Of a stretch of 64,000 bases of DNA, positions 1-8,555 are shown piece after piece. The notes under the pieces are model-generated. The model worked only from the letters and a program-made list of their open reading frames with translations, had not been told where the DNA came from and did no database searches. The DNA is from an uncultured Gammaproteobacteria bacterium. Lineage in GTDB: Bacteria; Patescibacteriota; Microgenomatia; CAZETR01; Amesbacteraceae. Location of the stretch: the NCBI GenBank assembly GCA_964518565.1, contig CAZFGX010000001.1:139046-203045 (forward strand), read 5' to 3'. Numbering within the stretch: the stretch's first letter is position 1; each line of letters starts with the position of its first letter. A program made the translations under genes and the position numbers.

Positions 1-839
1 GTATATTTCCTACATATCATCTGGCGGTTGCTATAGATGATTTTGACTCACAAATTTCTCATGTAATCCGTACTCAAGAGTGGTTAACAAGTACCCCGCT
101 TCACATTCTGATTCATCAATACTTAGACATACCCATGCCACAGTATGGTCATCCTACAGCAATCTTAGATCCAGATGGTGGAAAGTTATCCAAGAGAAAG
201 GGTAATGTATCTTGTGAAGAGTTTTTTGCTCAAGGATATCTGCCAGAAGCTGTGCTAAATTTTGTTATCTTGCTTGGTTGGGCTCCGAAAAATAACCAAG
301 AACTCTTCACGCTCCGGGAGTTTGTCACAGGTTTTGATATGAAGGGTTTCCAAAAATCCAACCCAGTGATGAATCTTGAAAAATTAGATTGGTTCAATGG
401 TCAATATATTCGTCAACTTGACGATGCTCAGCTCGCTGATCGAATTAAGCCATACTCCAACCAGCCCCTTTCTCAAGAGGAGTTAATAAAACGTGTTGCG
501 TTGGTAAAAGATCGTTTAGTGACTCTAAAAGATTTTGACAACTTAACAATATTTTTGTCCCATCGCCCCAATATCGACCCCACACTATTCGCCTCCGCCC
601 AATCCTCGCTGGGTCACTTAAAATTTGCCAAAGAAAATCTTAACCAACTTGGAGATACTCTGGTTCCAATGATCAAAGAAAAAGGCTGGAAAGTGGGGGA
701 TTTCTTTATGACGCTACGAATTGCCATCTGTGGAGCCAAATTTACTCCGCCTTTGGACCAGGTCATTAAAATACTTGGACCAGATGAGGTCGCCCAAAGA
801 TTCGAGATTTCCGCTAAACTAATAGGCAGCCAAACATAG
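1..839 (+). CDS. gltX: Glutamyl-tRNA synthetase, 3' portion (5' end lies upstream of window)
   Basis: Frame-3 translation from nt 3 reads IFPTYHLAVAIDDFDSQISHVIRTQEWLTSTPLHILIHQYLDIPMPQYGHP...KLSKRKG (KMSKS-type motif) then the anticodon-binding domain; continuous with ORF 135..839. Confidence 0.9.
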   Translation, partial: IFPTYHLAVAIDDFDSQISHVIRTQEWLTSTPLHILIHQYLDIPMPQYGHPTAILDPDGGKLSKRKGNVSCEEFFAQGYLPEAVLNFVILLGWAPKNNQELFTLREFVTGFDMKGFQKSNPVMNLEKLDWFNGQYIRQLDDAQLADRIKPYSNQPLSQEELIKRVALVKDRLVTLKDFDNLTIFLSHRPNIDPTLFASAQSSLGHLKFAKENLNQLGDTLVPMIKEKGWKVGDFFMTLRIAICGAKFTPPLDQVIKILGPDEVAQRFEISAKLIGSQT

Positions 840-844
840 TCGTT

Positions 845-1765
845 ATGAAAAAACCTGCCTTAAATACAAGCATTATTAGATCTCGTTTAAAACTAAAAAG
901 TCTCCAATCTGCCACTCTGTTGAAGGCCCACCATCCCCAAGCGGTCGGACTTTTAGAGTCATCCGGGATTCGCCCTGGAAATTTACGGACTCGAGCAGCC
1001 AAACTCCTGACAGTTGGTCTAGCCACAACCGCGTTTTTCTCCACCGCTCCCCAAGGGGCCATTGTTCAAGGTGCGTTGCCTTCAGGTTCCGAAGTTCGAC
1101 CAGCCACACCCCAAGATGCCCATTCACAAATTCAATCAGCTTTGGAAGGAATATCAGTTGAGCCTTCTGCATCCTTAAAGTCCGATTGGGAATCCAAAGT
1201 CGAATCAACGATTCACACAGTGCTCGGAATCCATGCAGTTTCAGAACTAGATGGTAATCGTCTAAATACAAATTTCGGCTACATTGGAGCGGAACAACAT
1301 TTGCCTCGATTCCCTGGAGATACAGTAACTCAGCATGGAGGGTTTTTCGCCTCAGGCATTACTCCAGGTCTTGGTGCCTGGGGGTATTTCGCTCCTTCCA
1401 AAAAAGCTCTCACAGCAGATTTGATAGAAAAAGAAAAATATTATGTCGCCGTTCAAACACTCTACTTGTCAGACTGGCAAACACGCTTACCATATTTACG
1501 CGATTGGTATAAGCATCGTAAAGTGGCAGTCGTAAATCCAAAAAACGGCAAAGTTATAATTGCAGTAGTGGGTGATTCTGGTCCAGCTGCATTTACTGGA
1601 AAAAGCTTCGGAGGTTCACCTGAAGTTATGGACTATCTCCAGCTCAAAGATGGCCACCAAAAAAGCAAAGTCGTCCTGCTATTTGTAGATGATCCCAAAA
1701 ATGAAATCCCTCTAGGTCCAATAGAATACAATAGAGAAAATCCACCATTAATTATGAGTAGCTAA
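845..1765 (+). CDS. Hypothetical membrane-anchored/secreted protein; C-terminal region weakly RlpA-like (double-psi beta-barrel)
   Basis: N-terminal hydrophobic anchor; segment KVAVVNPKNGKVIIAVVGDSGPAA...GGSPEVMDYLQL resembles the RlpA/DPBB NG..V.V.DRGP motif. Confidence 0.4.
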   Translation: MKKPALNTSIIRSRLKLKSLQSATLLKAHHPQAVGLLESSGIRPGNLRTRAAKLLTVGLATTAFFSTAPQGAIVQGALPSGSEVRPATPQDAHSQIQSALEGISVEPSASLKSDWESKVESTIHTVLGIHAVSELDGNRLNTNFGYIGAEQHLPRFPGDTVTQHGGFFASGITPGLGAWGYFAPSKKALTADLIEKEKYYVAVQTLYLSDWQTRLPYLRDWYKHRKVAVVNPKNGKVIIAVVGDSGPAAFTGKSFGGSPEVMDYLQLKDGHQKSKVVLLFVDDPKNEIPLGPIEYNRENPPLIMSS

Positions 1766-1766
1766 T

Positions 1767-2102
1767 ATGACTAAAGTCTTTTTTGATCATCTGGTCCAAA
1801 TCGATGACGTGATCGAAGCCTTAGATATGTATTCTATTGAAGAAGAAGAACGTCGAGAATTAGAAATATTAATCGATGAAATTATTCATCACCATGTTTT
1901 AAATCTAGTCTTGTCCAGACTTCCTCAAGATCGACACGCCGAATTTATTTCACATATCACCGATCGACCACACGACATCTCCATCTGGGTCTATATCAAC
2001 CAACATGCAGGCAACCAGATCGAGGAGGAGGTAAGGTCAGTCACCAAAAAAGTCAAAGAGGATCTAAAAAAAGAAATCCACAAAGCCAAGAAAAAGCCCT
2101 GA
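1767..2102 (+). CDS. Hypothetical small acidic/lysine-rich protein
   Basis: 111-aa ORF tightly packed between neighbouring genes; no recognisable domain. Confidence 0.45.
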   Translation: MTKVFFDHLVQIDDVIEALDMYSIEEEERRELEILIDEIIHHHVLNLVLSRLPQDRHAEFISHITDRPHDISIWVYINQHAGNQIEEEVRSVTKKVKEDLKKEIHKAKKKP

Positions 2103-2127
2103 AAAACTGGTAAACTGTCAATCCGCT

Positions 2128-2730
2128 ATGCACGAAGTTATTTTTGATATAGAAACCAAGTCATTTTTTAACGAAACAAAAACCAAACCTGAAGATCTTG
2201 GAGTTTCCATTGTCTCGTTATATCAGCGTACCGTTGACCCATCAGGACAAGAGACTTCAGGTCAAATGCTCAGTTTTTGGGATGGAGAGTTTGACCGCAT
2301 GTGGAAACTATTTTTAGAAGCAGATCGCATAATCGGTTTTAATACGTTGGGATTTGATGTCCCTGCCCTTATCCCTTATGCCCCTGCTCAGTGGCCAAAA
2401 TTGCCTCACTTCGATATTTTGGCCAAAATAAAAGATGCCACAGGGCATCGTACCTCCTTAAATAAAATCGCTAAACAAACGTTAAAAATTGGCAAAATAG
2501 ACTCAGGAGAAAATGCTATCTTATATTGGGAAAAACACGACCCAGAAAGTTTAGCTTTATTAAAAAAATATTGTGAAATGGATGTGGCAATTACTCGGGA
2601 TATCTATGACTATGCCCAAAGGCACAAAAAACTCTCTTTTATAGATCATTGGAACAATCCTCGCGAAGTAGAATTAGATTTTAGTTATCCAGTAGATAGC
2701 AACTCTCTTACTCAGACTGCATTATTTTAA
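2128..2730 (+). CDS. DEDD-family (RNase H-like fold) 3'-5' exonuclease
   Basis: Exo I motif FDIET at N-terminus, Exo II-like GFNTLGFDVPAL, Exo III-like YCEMDVAITRDIYDY (YxxxD). Confidence 0.55.
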   Translation: MHEVIFDIETKSFFNETKTKPEDLGVSIVSLYQRTVDPSGQETSGQMLSFWDGEFDRMWKLFLEADRIIGFNTLGFDVPALIPYAPAQWPKLPHFDILAKIKDATGHRTSLNKIAKQTLKIGKIDSGENAILYWEKHDPESLALLKKYCEMDVAITRDIYDYAQRHKKLSFIDHWNNPREVELDFSYPVDSNSLTQTALF

Positions 2731-2731
2731 T

Positions 2732-3124
2732 ATGTCCTACCCTAACTCAGTCCGCATGACTCCAGTCCGTAAATCTATTCTAGATGTACTAAAAACTAGT
2801 AATACGCCAGTGTCTGTACAAGATATTCTATCGCAAGTTAGAGCCAACAAAACGACTATTTATCGAGATATAGATTTTTTGATTGCCCAGCGTCAAGTCA
2901 CGTCAGTCGAATTTGGTGATGGCAAAAAACGATATGAGTTAGTTGAAAAAGGGCATCATCACCATCTAGTTTGCAACATTTGCGGCAGGATCGAATGTTT
3001 TGACCTTGAAAATAATCTAGACCAAACTGAAAAAGAGATTGCCGATATGAAAAGCTTTAAGGTAACAGCGCATTTGCTTGAATTCTTTGGTCAATGTCAG
3101 GACTGTCAAAAAAATATAAACTAA
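2732..3124 (+). CDS. Fur-family transcriptional regulator (Fur/Zur/PerR)
   Basis: TPVRKSILDVL...TIYRDIDFL winged helix, HHHH metal site, CxxC...CxxC (CNICG ... CQDCQ). Confidence 0.8.
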   Translation: MSYPNSVRMTPVRKSILDVLKTSNTPVSVQDILSQVRANKTTIYRDIDFLIAQRQVTSVEFGDGKKRYELVEKGHHHHLVCNICGRIECFDLENNLDQTEKEIADMKSFKVTAHLLEFFGQCQDCQKNIN

Positions 3125-3142
3125 GGCAAAATCGTAACTGAC

Positions 3143-5401
3143 ATGGTAAGTAACAAAAGTGTAATTGTAATAGGAGGTGGAGTGGCGGGTCTAGCCACGG
3201 CATCGTTACTTGCAAAATCTGGGTACGAAGTAACAATAATTGAGAAAAATTCATCATTAGGAGGCAGAGCCCGTACACTTTCCGCCAACAGCTTTCAATT
3301 TGATATGGGTCCATCATGGTATCTAATGCCCGAAGTATTTGAGCATTTTTTCAATATTTTTGGCAAAAAAACATCAGAGTATTACGATTTGATACGATTA
3401 AATCCTCGATATCAAATAGTTTTTGGTTCCGATAATCAACATGTAGTTTTGCAAGATAATCTAGTACAAAACAAAAAACTATTCGATTCAATTGAAGCTG
3501 GAGCAGGTGAGAAATTAACCAAGTTTTTAGATGATATGCATCAAGCGTATGATGCATCCGTTTGCCAATTGGTGTATGAAGATATCTGGTCTCTCTCTGC
3601 CTGGCTTAATCTTAAAAATTATAAGGCTCTTTGGATTTTAATCACAAAAATCCGTTTTTGGGAATCCTGGCATGGTTTGGTCAAAAAATATTTTTCATCA
3701 CCAAAACTTCAAAAGATTCTCGAATTTCATGCAGCATTTTTGGGCTCATCCCCGAATCGAACTCCAGCATTGTTTTCACTTTTATGTTGGGCGGATTTTG
3801 GTTTAGGTGTGTATTATCCGAAAGGTGGAATGGGCAAGTTTGTTGATGCATTGGAGAGTCTGGCGCACGAAAATGGTGTAAAAATTGTCACTAATGAACC
3901 AGTAATGTCAGTAAATGTATCTTCTAAACAAATCGCCAGTGTTCATACCTCAAAAAACCAGTATTCCGCTGACTATTACGTTGCAGCTTGCGATATTCCT
4001 TATTTTGAAACACAACTTTTACCCAAATCTATTTCCAAAACAGATTGGTCTAAAAAACAGCTATCATTTTCTGCTGTTCTATTATATTTGGGTCTAGATA
4101 AAAAACTCCCTCAACCGATCCATCACACAGTATATATTGCAAAAGATTGGAATTTAAATTTTGCTGAAATTTTTGATCAAAAAGTTTTATCCTCAGATCC
4201 TTCTATGTATATTTCCATGCGTACTGCTTCGGATAAAACCATCGCCCCGAAAAATTATGAAGAATTATTTGTTCTCATCCCTGTGCCTTCGAAAACTAAT
4301 TTCTCAGAGTCTCAAATAGCCAAATTTTCTGATCAGGCGATTAGAAAGTTGGAAGATGTTTTTTCTTCAAAAATAAGCTCACATCTAGTGGTCAAAAAAA
4401 TATTTTCTCCACAAGACTTTAGATTAGATTACAACACATTTGGCGGATCAGCTTTAGGATTGGCTCATTCATTTACACAATCGCTGTGGGGAAGACCAGC
4501 AAATCATCATCCGCAAATATCAAACCTATTTTACACGGGACAGAATGCCAATCCTGGAGTAGGGCTACCTATGGCATTAATCTCTAGTCAAATAGTTGCC
4601 AAAAAAATTCACCAATCGGATTCTCATACAGACCAAATATTTAAACAAGGAAGTGTCACGTATTATTATTCCAGCCTGTTTTTTTCAGGACAAACAAAAA
4701 AAGATGTCTTTAATCTATATGCATATGTCAGAGTCATTGATGATTTTGTCGATTCTCCAAATCCAAACATTAAAGACTTTGAACACATGTGGACGCAAAC
4801 CAAAAAATGTTGGGAATCGGATCACTGTTCCCAACAAATTGTCGTCGAATTTGTTGAATTAGCCAAAAGAAAAAACTTTTCTTGGGATTGGATTGAAGCC
4901 TTTTGGCAAGCCATGCGCAGTGACTTAAAAAAGCACCATTATGCAGATTTTTCTGAGCTAAAAAAATATATGTATGGATCTGCTGAAGTAATTGGTCTCA
5001 TGATGGCCAAAATTTTAAATCTACCTGAAGTGTCTTTATCAACTGCTGCTCTTCAAGGACAAGCTATGCAATATGTAAACTTTATACGTGATGTTAAAGA
5101 GGATTTCGACTTGGGGCGCAATTACTTAGGGTATTCTGACAAAGAAAAATCTAATCCAAAATTGTGGGCAAGATGTGTTAGTCATCACATACAAAGTTAT
5201 TTAAATATCCAATCTCAGGCATCTCAAGGATATAAATTTATCCCCAAAAAATATCTCGTCCCTATAAAGACTGCTGCAGATATGTATGACTGGACAGCTC
5301 GCCAAATTCTAAAAAATCCTTCAATAGTCTGGACAAAAAAAATTAAACCCAGCAAACTGCGCGTTATTTTCACCGCGATAAAAAATATTATTATCTTATG
5401 A
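3143..5401 (+). CDS. Fusion protein: phytoene desaturase (CrtI-like FAD oxidoreductase, aa ~1-495) + phytoene/squalene synthase-like domain (CrtB-like, aa ~505-752)
   Basis: N-term VIVIGGGVAGLATASLL Rossmann, FDMGPSWY, YYPKGGMGKFV, HHTVYIAKDW, ELFVLIPVP, NLFYTGQNANPGVGLP (CrtI family hallmarks); C-term NLYAYVRVIDDFVD (YAxxRxxDD), YMYGSAEVIGLM, QYVNFIRDVKEDFDLGRNYL (head-to-head isoprenoid synthase motifs). Confidence 0.8.
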   Translation: MVSNKSVIVIGGGVAGLATASLLAKSGYEVTIIEKNSSLGGRARTLSANSFQFDMGPSWYLMPEVFEHFFNIFGKKTSEYYDLIRLNPRYQIVFGSDNQHVVLQDNLVQNKKLFDSIEAGAGEKLTKFLDDMHQAYDASVCQLVYEDIWSLSAWLNLKNYKALWILITKIRFWESWHGLVKKYFSSPKLQKILEFHAAFLGSSPNRTPALFSLLCWADFGLGVYYPKGGMGKFVDALESLAHENGVKIVTNEPVMSVNVSSKQIASVHTSKNQYSADYYVAACDIPYFETQLLPKSISKTDWSKKQLSFSAVLLYLGLDKKLPQPIHHTVYIAKDWNLNFAEIFDQKVLSSDPSMYISMRTASDKTIAPKNYEELFVLIPVPSKTNFSESQIAKFSDQAIRKLEDVFSSKISSHLVVKKIFSPQDFRLDYNTFGGSALGLAHSFTQSLWGRPANHHPQISNLFYTGQNANPGVGLPMALISSQIVAKKIHQSDSHTDQIFKQGSVTYYYSSLFFSGQTKKDVFNLYAYVRVIDDFVDSPNPNIKDFEHMWTQTKKCWESDHCSQQIVVEFVELAKRKNFSWDWIEAFWQAMRSDLKKHHYADFSELKKYMYGSAEVIGLMMAKILNLPEVSLSTAALQGQAMQYVNFIRDVKEDFDLGRNYLGYSDKEKSNPKLWARCVSHHIQSYLNIQSQASQGYKFIPKKYLVPIKTAADMYDWTARQILKNPSIVWTKKIKPSKLRVIFTAIKNIIIL

Positions 5402-6072
5402 GAATAGAATATTTGAGTTTTAATGTATTAATACTAATATTTTCTACATTAGGAATTTTATTTACAAAAAAAACTCTTCCTCAGCCATCTGCGGCTTTGA
5501 AGGCGATGGTAATCATGTCAATTCCATTTCTAATTTGGGATCATATAGTCACCAATATCTGGTGGTCCTTTAACCCTCTCTATACATTGCCTATTAGGGT
5601 TTTTAAATTACCTTTAGAAGAAATCATGTTTTTCTTCACTGTGCCATGGAGTTGTTTATTGCTTTGGGTAAATATTAAATCCTTAAAATTTCTTAATACT
5701 ACAACCAGCTTTCGTTATATATTACTTGGACTCACTTTTTGTTTAACCTTAATCGCTATTTTTAGAAGTCCAATATATATGATTGTTGTATTACTGAGTT
5801 TTTTGTTAATTCAAATTTTGAGTTTCGCAAGTAATCTGTTTAACAGAAATTCATTTTTATTTTTTGCGATACTAACACTTTTTTTAACGACCATTTTTAA
5901 TGGATATCTGACCAGTCGTCCAGTCGTCGAATATTCACAAGCATATTTATCTCAAAATTTTATCTACACAATTCCATTTGAAGATTATATATATGGTCTT
6001 ACTCTGATCTGTGGCAATGTATGGTTATATGAAAAATTTATTTCTACAAAAATTAAAAGGGATACCCCTTAA
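5398..6072 (+). CDS. Fused lycopene cyclase domain protein (CrtYcd-type)
   Basis: Polytopic membrane protein of 224 aa (two ~110-aa halves) with the conserved PLEEIMFFFTVPW (PxEE..FF) motif of heterodimeric/fused lycopene cyclases; translationally coupled (ATGA overlap) to the CrtI-CrtB gene. Confidence 0.6.
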   Translation: MRIEYLSFNVLILIFSTLGILFTKKTLPQPSAALKAMVIMSIPFLIWDHIVTNIWWSFNPLYTLPIRVFKLPLEEIMFFFTVPWSCLLLWVNIKSLKFLNTTTSFRYILLGLTFCLTLIAIFRSPIYMIVVLLSFLLIQILSFASNLFNRNSFLFFAILTLFLTTIFNGYLTSRPVVEYSQAYLSQNFIYTIPFEDYIYGLTLICGNVWLYEKFISTKIKRDTP

Positions 6073-6586
6073 GTCTTTGTAAACCCTTCAATACAGAAAT
6101 TTCTCCCATAATGCTCCAAATGTGTCCCAATATCATCATGTGAATCATGTCTCCCTGTGGTCTACTCCCCATGCCAAACATACTCATATCTATATTCTTT
6201 TTCAGGTCTTCATCCTCCATTGCTTCCACAAAGTTTTCAGTTTCAGTAAATACTGCTTTGGCATACTCATGTACGGCTGGTATCTGAATCTTTACAGTTC
6301 TTAGTCATTTAGGATATGCCTCTGCCCAATCAGTTGGTTGATTCTCGCTTATCCCAGTTTTATCTTTCCATTCAGAATCAAATAATGGCTGGGTTTTTTT
6401 AATAAAAAAATTTAAAAAGAAATCCTCAGAAAAAACCAAATGAGCATATGTACCGGCAATTGGGTTAGCCGTCCCTGCTGGCTGAAAATGTGCCACCTCT
6501 TCTGTCACACCTTCCATCGTCTGGAGTAAGTAAGTATGGGCATTTTTTAAATCACTAAGAAGGGCTTGTAAGGCAACAGATTTCAT
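6053..6586 (-). pseudogene. DinB_2 (DinB/YfiT-like) family gene interrupted by an in-frame TGA
   Basis: ORF 6305..6586 (N-terminal ...GTANPIAGTYAHLVFSEDFF) stops at TGA (6305-6307); the same frame continues LRTVKIQIPAVHEYAKAV...DMIHMMILGHIWSIMGEISVLKGLQRLKGYPF to a TAA at 6053, giving a full-length ~177 aa DinB_2-like protein. Confidence 0.5.
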
Positions 6587-6643
6587 AAGTAATTAGTATA
6601 TCAAATTACTAATAATTTACTTATAATTGTACCAACTTATTCA

Positions 6644-7039
6644 ATGATCAATCCTGAAATAAAATCCTATATCACCAGTCAAAGCTCTGCAGATGAAAAA
6701 ATCTGCATTGAATTGGCCAGAATTATTAATGACAAACTGCCTGAGGCAGAAAACAAAGTTTGGCATTCTCATCCAGTATGGTTTTTAGATGGCAATCCTA
6801 TTGTCGGGTTTAGTAAAGAAAAACGAGGTATTCGATTGATGTTTTGGAGTGGCTCAGATTTTGATGAAAGCGGCTTAAATATCAAAGGTGGAAAATTTAA
6901 AGATGCCTCAATTTTTTATACGGATGTGTCAGAAATAAATGAAAAAGATCTAATCCGATGGTTACAAAAGTCTCAAACCATCCAATGGGATTACAAGAAT
7001 ATTGTCAAAAGAAAAGGTCAGTTAATCAGACTGAAATAA
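6644..7039 (+). CDS. DUF1801 (YdhG-like) domain protein
   Basis: 131-aa protein, pattern VWHSHPVWFLDGNPIVGFSKEKRGIRLMFWSG typical of DUF1801. Confidence 0.45.
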   Translation: MINPEIKSYITSQSSADEKICIELARIINDKLPEAENKVWHSHPVWFLDGNPIVGFSKEKRGIRLMFWSGSDFDESGLNIKGGKFKDASIFYTDVSEINEKDLIRWLQKSQTIQWDYKNIVKRKGQLIRLK

Positions 7040-7043
7040 AGTT

Positions 7044-7406
7044 ATGCAAAATAATCCTAAACATGACGAGCGTATTGCAAAAATGTTGTTTGCCGATGTA
7101 TACCCGAGCTATGTCGCGAAAGTTGAAAGAAAAGGTCGAACAAAAGCAGAACTAAATGAAGTAATCAAATGGCTTACTGGTTTTGATGATAAAAAACTTC
7201 AACACGAAATTGAAAGTGCAGATACATTTCTACAATTTTTTGATCAAGCAAAACTACACCCCAACGCCCATCAGATCACTGGTGTCATTTGTGGGTATCG
7301 TATAGAAGAAATTACAAACCCACTTACACAAAAAGTCAGATATTTAGACAAACTTGTAGATGAATTAGCAAAAGGTAGACCACTGGAAAAAATCCTCAGA
7401 CATTAA
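7044..7406 (+). CDS. DUF2200 family protein
   Basis: ADVYPSYVAKVERKGRTKAELNEVIKWLTGFD...ITGVICGYRIEEITNPLTQKVRYLDKLVDELAKGRPLEKIL matches the conserved DUF2200 pattern. Confidence 0.6.
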   Translation: MQNNPKHDERIAKMLFADVYPSYVAKVERKGRTKAELNEVIKWLTGFDDKKLQHEIESADTFLQFFDQAKLHPNAHQITGVICGYRIEEITNPLTQKVRYLDKLVDELAKGRPLEKILRH

Positions 7407-7411
7407 TACTA

Positions 7412-7485
7412 TGGCTGTGGGACCTGGATTCGAACCAAGATAAACGGATTCAGAGTCCGTTGTCCTACCATTAGACGATCCCACA
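7412..7485 (-). tRNA. tRNA-Gln (anticodon CUG), CCA encoded
   Basis: Minus-strand read 5'-TGTGGGA TC GTCT AATGGTA GGAC A ACGGA CTCTGAA TCCGT TTAT CTTGG TTCGAAT CCAGG TCCCACA G CCA-3'; 7-bp acceptor with U1-A72 and G73 as in bacterial tRNA-Gln; anticodon loop CU-CUG-AA. Confidence 0.8.
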
Positions 7486-7606
7486 GTATTTAAAGTGGGT
7501 CGGCTAACGGTTAGCCCGGAGGGCGCTCCATAACGATCCCACAATACAAGGCTAATTTTATCATTCTACCAATCTAAATGTTTAAATTCATAAATATCTT
7601 ATAGTA

Positions 7607-7626
7607 TTTGTGGTTTTGACCACAAA
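7607..7626. promoter_or_regulatory. Inverted repeat TTTGTGGT-tttg-ACCACAAA (8-bp arms), possible operator/hairpin ~90 nt upstream of ORF 7719
   Basis: Perfect 8-bp inverted repeat separated by 4 nt in the tRNA-Gln / 7719 intergenic region. Confidence 0.3.
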
Positions 7627-7718
7627 GTGAGATAATTACTCCAGTTAGCTAATTTATGGGCATTTGCGCCCAATATTTAGCCTAAAATCTAGTACTTTCA
7701 AAAGCTGTAGGAGGAAAT

Positions 7719-8054
7719 ATGCAGCATATCATTTGTGAGATTGAACTTTCGCAATCCGTAAAAGGACAGACACTGATCAATATTCTTCGTGAACTCGCCT
7801 CAGACCCACATGTCCAAATTTTGGACAATGGCTATAAACTACTCGGATCCCGAAGTGTAAATGGGTTTTATGGCTTCAAGGTTTTAGTCGACGATCAAGA
7901 GTTGATCAGCTCAGATTATTGGTACACAAAGGTAATGCTCGTCCATTGGGACTGGCCTGGAGACCATCAGTTTCGTGACCATTTGGTGCTTCAGAAAACT
8001 GCCTATCTCAACGATTTAGCAGAAAAATTTCGCCAGGAGGTTGTATGTCAATAA
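7719..8054 (+). CDS. Hypothetical protein (first gene of a two-gene operon)
   Basis: 111-aa ORF; GC visibly higher than flanks; 10-nt overlap with next ORF. Confidence 0.5.
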   Translation: MQHIICEIELSQSVKGQTLINILRELASDPHVQILDNGYKLLGSRSVNGFYGFKVLVDDQELISSDYWYTKVMLVHWDWPGDHQFRDHLVLQKTAYLNDLAEKFRQEVVCQ

Positions 8055-8485
8055 TAATATCCGACGTGCTGTCGTTAGTGGATATCGACGGGGTTTGTCA
8101 CCGAGTCGATATCAATCGTGTCACTCAAATGCGTTACTTAAAAGTTGCGACTCAATCTGGATATCAGTCGTATTTAGTAACTATGTTCGATGAACAAGAA
8201 AAAAGAATTATCAAAGTCGAGCCCAGAGCCCTAGACAGTTTGTGGGAACATCTGCCACTAGCCTGTGTATGTGACACTCCTGTTGGCTGGAGCCAGCCAA
8301 CATTTACCTGGAGCGACAAACAATTCTACTCAAGCGTAAGACGCCAAGTGTATCGTCTAGAAAATTCTGATGTGGTCTTGAGTCTTTTTTGGCAAGCCGA
8401 CGGCTTACGTTTGGCGGCACAAAATATTCGTCAATTAAAATCCCCAGAAGATTTGCTTCCGCTAATTCCTACAGCCCAACAATAA
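8045..8485 (+). CDS. Hypothetical protein (second gene of the two-gene operon)
   Basis: 146-aa ORF with strong RBS GGAGG 6 nt upstream of ATG (inside end of previous gene); followed by an intrinsic terminator. Confidence 0.5.
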   Translation: MSIIISDVLSLVDIDGVCHRVDINRVTQMRYLKVATQSGYQSYLVTMFDEQEKRIIKVEPRALDSLWEHLPLACVCDTPVGWSQPTFTWSDKQFYSSVRRQVYRLENSDVVLSLFWQADGLRLAAQNIRQLKSPEDLLPLIPTAQQ

Positions 8486-8490
8486 TCCCC

Positions 8491-8530
8491 AGCGCTCGTG
8501 GATAGCAATAATCCCCGAGCGCTTTTTTTA
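8491..8530 (+). terminator. Rho-independent terminator
   Basis: AGCGCTCG ... CGAGCGCT 8-bp stem (18-nt loop) followed by TTTTTTTA. Confidence 0.6.
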
Positions 8531-8555
8531 TCTAGTAACGTTGTAAAATCATTCT

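Noticed and set aside
814-1271. Minus-strand ORFs 814..1062 and 876..1271 antisense to gltX and the 845 gene
   Set aside because: They lie entirely inside better-supported plus-strand genes and have no RBS. Typical antisense-frame artefacts.
3057-4862. Short ORFs in alternative frames inside the CrtI-CrtB gene (3057..3317, 3351..3557, 3631..3846, 3915..4097, 4596..4862)
   Set aside because: They overlap a long ORF with clear domain homology. Low-complexity translations.
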